This document shows positions 60,901 through 64,000 of a stretch of DNA of 64,000 bases, piece after piece (positions within the stretch are counted from its first letter, which is position 1; each line of letters starts with the position of its first letter). Made by a program: the position numbers and the translations under genes. The notes under the pieces were generated by a model. That model was not told the DNA's origin. It did no database searches and worked only from the letters and a program-made list of their open reading frames with translations. This stretch comes from Phallusia mammillata (taxonomy: Eukaryota): positions 25,172,001-25,236,000 of the forward strand of contig OZ281499.1 in assembly GCA_965637545.1 (NCBI GenBank), written 5' to 3'.

Positions 60901-63900
60901 CAGAGATGCCAGCATGCTGAAACACAACAAAAGATCATTTCTTTGCCGCTTTCTGTCAACATACAGGGTTTAACAAATTTGTCGTTCAACTAATATGATG
61001 CTAAACAAAATACTAGCTGTAATTTTGAAGACGTTTTGCTCACCTGAATGGTAGGGCTTTCCAGAGCAGTATGTGAAATATTTGCGATCACACAAGTGAA
61101 AACGCACAGTTGAACAACAAATTTGTTTAGTATGCAAACTGGATTTTTTGACATATCAGTAAATTTACAACTAAGAAGAAATTCAAAGAAAACTTTTCAC
61201 TTACTCTGAGTTGGAACTTGGTTTCGATCTCAGCGACATTTGAAGTTTTCCTTCATCTTCCACCTCTTGTTTGGTTCTGAAAATTATTTCAATTTTCATT
61301 GACAACATAGGTACATTATTCAGAGCCACGATTTGTGTGTAAAACATGACTACGTTTCGACAAGTGCTATTGTGATCATCAGGTTGTCAGAATTGAAAGC
61401 AACAGAAGGCATGAAATTAGGTGCTGCACAAAAGTAAAAAAGGGAGCGACACGAAGCAAAAGGTAAAAGCAATTAAATGGTGATAAAAAGAAAATACTTG
61501 TGACAGCGTATAGTTGGTATTTGCGAAAATATTTTTGAGTAAAACTTACTTTTCATCTTGAACAGTTTCTGCAACTTTGCTTGAATTTTCGTCAACCTCC
61601 ATTTTATCAACATCGGGTTTCGTTTCAATTTTCTCATCAATGTCAGTATCCTGCAAAATCAATTTACCACTGAAAAATGATGATCAGCACATAATTTGTG
61701 AACAGGATTTAACTAAGCCAGAACCCGAGTACTCGGTACCGAGCATCGTTGTTTTTCATGCTTGGTGCTTGGCCGAGCAGTTGCACAAACTGACCCAAGC
61801 GTTAAATTCGCATATTCTCGCCCTGCCAATATACGAAACCAGTGTTTGAAAGGATTTCCAGAACAAATGTCATTGCTTTATATGGCAGAAATACTTCTGG
61901 GGCCTGTACAGCTTAATACATTGCTGGTGACGTAAGGGACCTTGGAAAAGCTACAAACATGGAATTGGGAATGTTTGTGATGTCACAATGCACCAAGCAT
62001 GCTAACAGAACATTTGCGATCTAGGCCCGCCCCACAAAATTTCAACTTTTGCAGAACAGGTTTTTATGAAAAATACCTTTTTTAAATCCTCTTCTTTTGT
62101 CTCCTTTTCCTCATCTGGTTGTTTATCATTTTCAACCTTCACCTCCTCTGCAACATCCTTAACCTCCGCATCCATGCTCTTCTCAACTTCACCATCCTCT
62201 TCTTTCTTCTCAAGCTGCTCTGCAGAAGGAGGAATGGCCTCATCCACCTCCATTTCAGACACAGGACTTATCTCAGGCTGTTCCTTCTCATTTTCCTCTT
62301 CAGGAGGAGTGGGAGTGGGAGTTTTTCTCTCTTCTTTATCCTCGGTCACCTCTGACTGCTCTTCAACTTTGATGGATTCTATTTTATCATCTTGGACTTT
62401 TGTTTCATCCACTTTTTGATCCTCGTCCACCGGAGCGGGTGATTTTGTGTCAGTTGTTTCATCGTCTTTTTTAGTTGAAGTAAGATCTTCACTTTTTTCA
62501 TTTTCTTGTTGGATTTCTGTTTTTGCTTCCGTTTCTGTTTTCTTTTCCACAGCAGCCTCCTCTTGTTTAGCAGCAGTTGCTGAAAATTTATTCCAAAGTT
62601 AGACAGGAATCATTTAGTAACAAATCGAGATATGCAAATGTGCAAATTTAACATAACATATTTTTGACAATGTTTTTGCCAAAATTAGTTTTTAAAAATT
62701 TGATGTAAAAATATTTGATAAAACCAAATAAATATTTTTTTTTATTTTGATTCATCAAGATCCAACATGTGGCGAGTTTAAACTGTTTAAGAACAAACTT
62801 TCATTTGTATTGCATGCCACCAGCTACATAGCCTACTATTGATAGTATTGGCAGTAACATATACCAAAGTACTTTACAACAAAGGTCAATCATATACACC
62901 AGTAGTTATTAAATTTCAGGAAGACAAAAATATGCTCACCAGCTTTCAGCTCTTGTTCCTTCTTCATAACTTCCAATAAACTTTCTAATTCAGCTCTGCA
63001 AAAAGATAAGGTTTCATGTAAAAGTGTAGAAACACGAAATTTGGTTAATGTATAAAGCATGTTTATTTCACTTTTAACCAGAAAATTTCTTTAGTGATAT
63101 ATTTCATTGTGATGTTTTGCTGGCACATAACCAATGTTTTAGACAAATACATATACTTTGAATTTGTGACAAAATATGCCAGCAAACTTACTTTTCATTG
63201 TCCAAAACTTGTTGTTTAAATGTTGTTGGATTCGCTTCATATTCTTTCATAGACGATAGAAATGAGAGATTTGGATCATTTAAAGTGTGGATTTCAGTCC
63301 GTGTAACTCCATGTCTGAATAGAATAAAGTCAAAACATGTTACGATGCACACAAGAAATATCATAGAAGTAAAATGCAGAACAGAGTATAAAGTTATTAC
63401 AAAACCAAAAACTCACAATGAAAGAAAATAAATAGACAGACTGCTACCATTATACACACAAAAAGATTTTTTTTCCATAATAAAACCAACGTTTTTTATA
63501 AAACACTTCACATAAGATAGACCAAAAACTAAACTGAAATCTTTAAACAGTGCTTTAGACTTATTACATTCTACCTATTGTATACGACCAGCGTCTTTGT
63601 TCTAAGTCATTAGTTACATTCTATTATAGATGTTACTACAAGTAAAAAGCTCTCTTATTTAACAAACAAACAATTAGGTCCTAGAAAACAGCAAAGTAAG
63701 TACTTGTCCATTGCAAGAAGCAGTTCATGATCATGGAGTCCACATCGCCACCAAATCGGGAGATCCTGGCTTCTCTGGCACATATTCAGTCTTTCCTTCA
63801 GTTTTGGATGATTGAGGACCTCAGTTCTGATCTTGTCAAGGAGTCGGATGCGATAAAGAGTTCGAGAAGCTCTCTCTTCTGTGATGGGATCCACATCGAT

Positions 63901-63924
63901 GTTGGGAATCTCTTCTCCAACTCC
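51948..63924 (-). CDS. CHD7: 3' part of a CHD6/7/8/9 (Kismet-like) chromodomain helicase with two BRK domains; 5' part lies beyond the window
   Basis: About 23 exons (approx.: 63704-63924, 63191-63316, 62940-62995, 62079-62578, 61550-61650, 61205-61276, 60827-60917, 60086-60329, 59764-59853, 59550-59630, 59309-59425, 59022-59132, 57971-58705, 57252-57398, 56337-56836, 55349-55623, 54783-54888, 54239-54577, 53741-53918, 53102-53221, 52604-52759, 52140-52293, 51948-52057). Motifs [56 protein letters not shown]; BRK-like '[29 protein letters not shown]' and '[22 protein letters not shown]'. May be co-orthologous to CHD6-9. Confidence 0.92.
55925..56256. mobile_element. hAT (Charlie-like) MITE with an eroded right TIR
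   Basis: Starts CAGGGGTTCTTAA, ends AAACACTG; perfect TSD gtctaagg (55917-55924, 56257-56264); GGGGTAC subterminal repeats. Confidence 0.85.
57086..57172 (+). mobile_element. Family C repeat with a decayed hammerhead core
   Basis: tatca CTGACTA C GGCA tgagcatt TGCC AATATGTT tgca; reverse-orientation homologue of the 5358, 39007 and 40937 copies. Confidence 0.6.
61321..61450 (-). mobile_element. Family A repeat (single arm) with a partly decayed hammerhead at 61345-61388
   Basis: Aligns with 24546-24673. Minus strand gacaac CTGATGA T CACAA tagcac TTGTC GAAACGTA gtcatg. Confidence 0.8.
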
Positions 63925-64000
63925 TGACATTCAAAAAAAAGTGTCAATAAGAAAATTGCAATGAAAATTGGGTTTAAGCAAACTTGCAGAGAGTGCACAC

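Noticed and set aside
62066-62419. Ser/Phe-rich plus-strand ORFs (also 57918, 56549, 9180, 30990)
   Set aside because: Antisense shadows of real minus-strand exons.

Overview
AT-rich, intron-containing animal genomic DNA. It is probably an invertebrate chordate such as an ascidian, inferred from compact GT-AG introns and divergent chordate-like proteins. I reconstructed five spliced protein-coding genes by hand: (1) the 3' part of a legumain/caspase-fold-like protein lacking the catalytic residues (+); (2) a complete, divergent CSL/RBPJ/Su(H) transcription factor (-, ~716 aa); (3) a 4-exon MARVEL-type membrane protein (+, 250 aa); (4) a complete MTSS1/MIM I-BAR gene (-, 16 exons, ~837 aa, with a 16-kb intron); (5) the 3' part of a CHD6-9/Kismet chromatin remodeller (-). 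The introns contain six hAT-type MITEs with 8-bp target-site duplications, tRNA-derived SINE heads, a ~300-bp tandem repeat and degraded LINE remnants. The most striking signal is about 13 minimal type-I hammerhead-ribozyme-like motifs (CUGAnGA-stem II-GAAAC..UH) in at least 5 sequence families. All are intronic and several lie inside long inverted repeats, the architecture of Penelope-like element termini. One copy (24571-24614, sense to MTSS1) looks fully intact. The palindrome TGACGTCA is also strongly enriched, and it supplies the stop codon of both MTSS1 and CHD.
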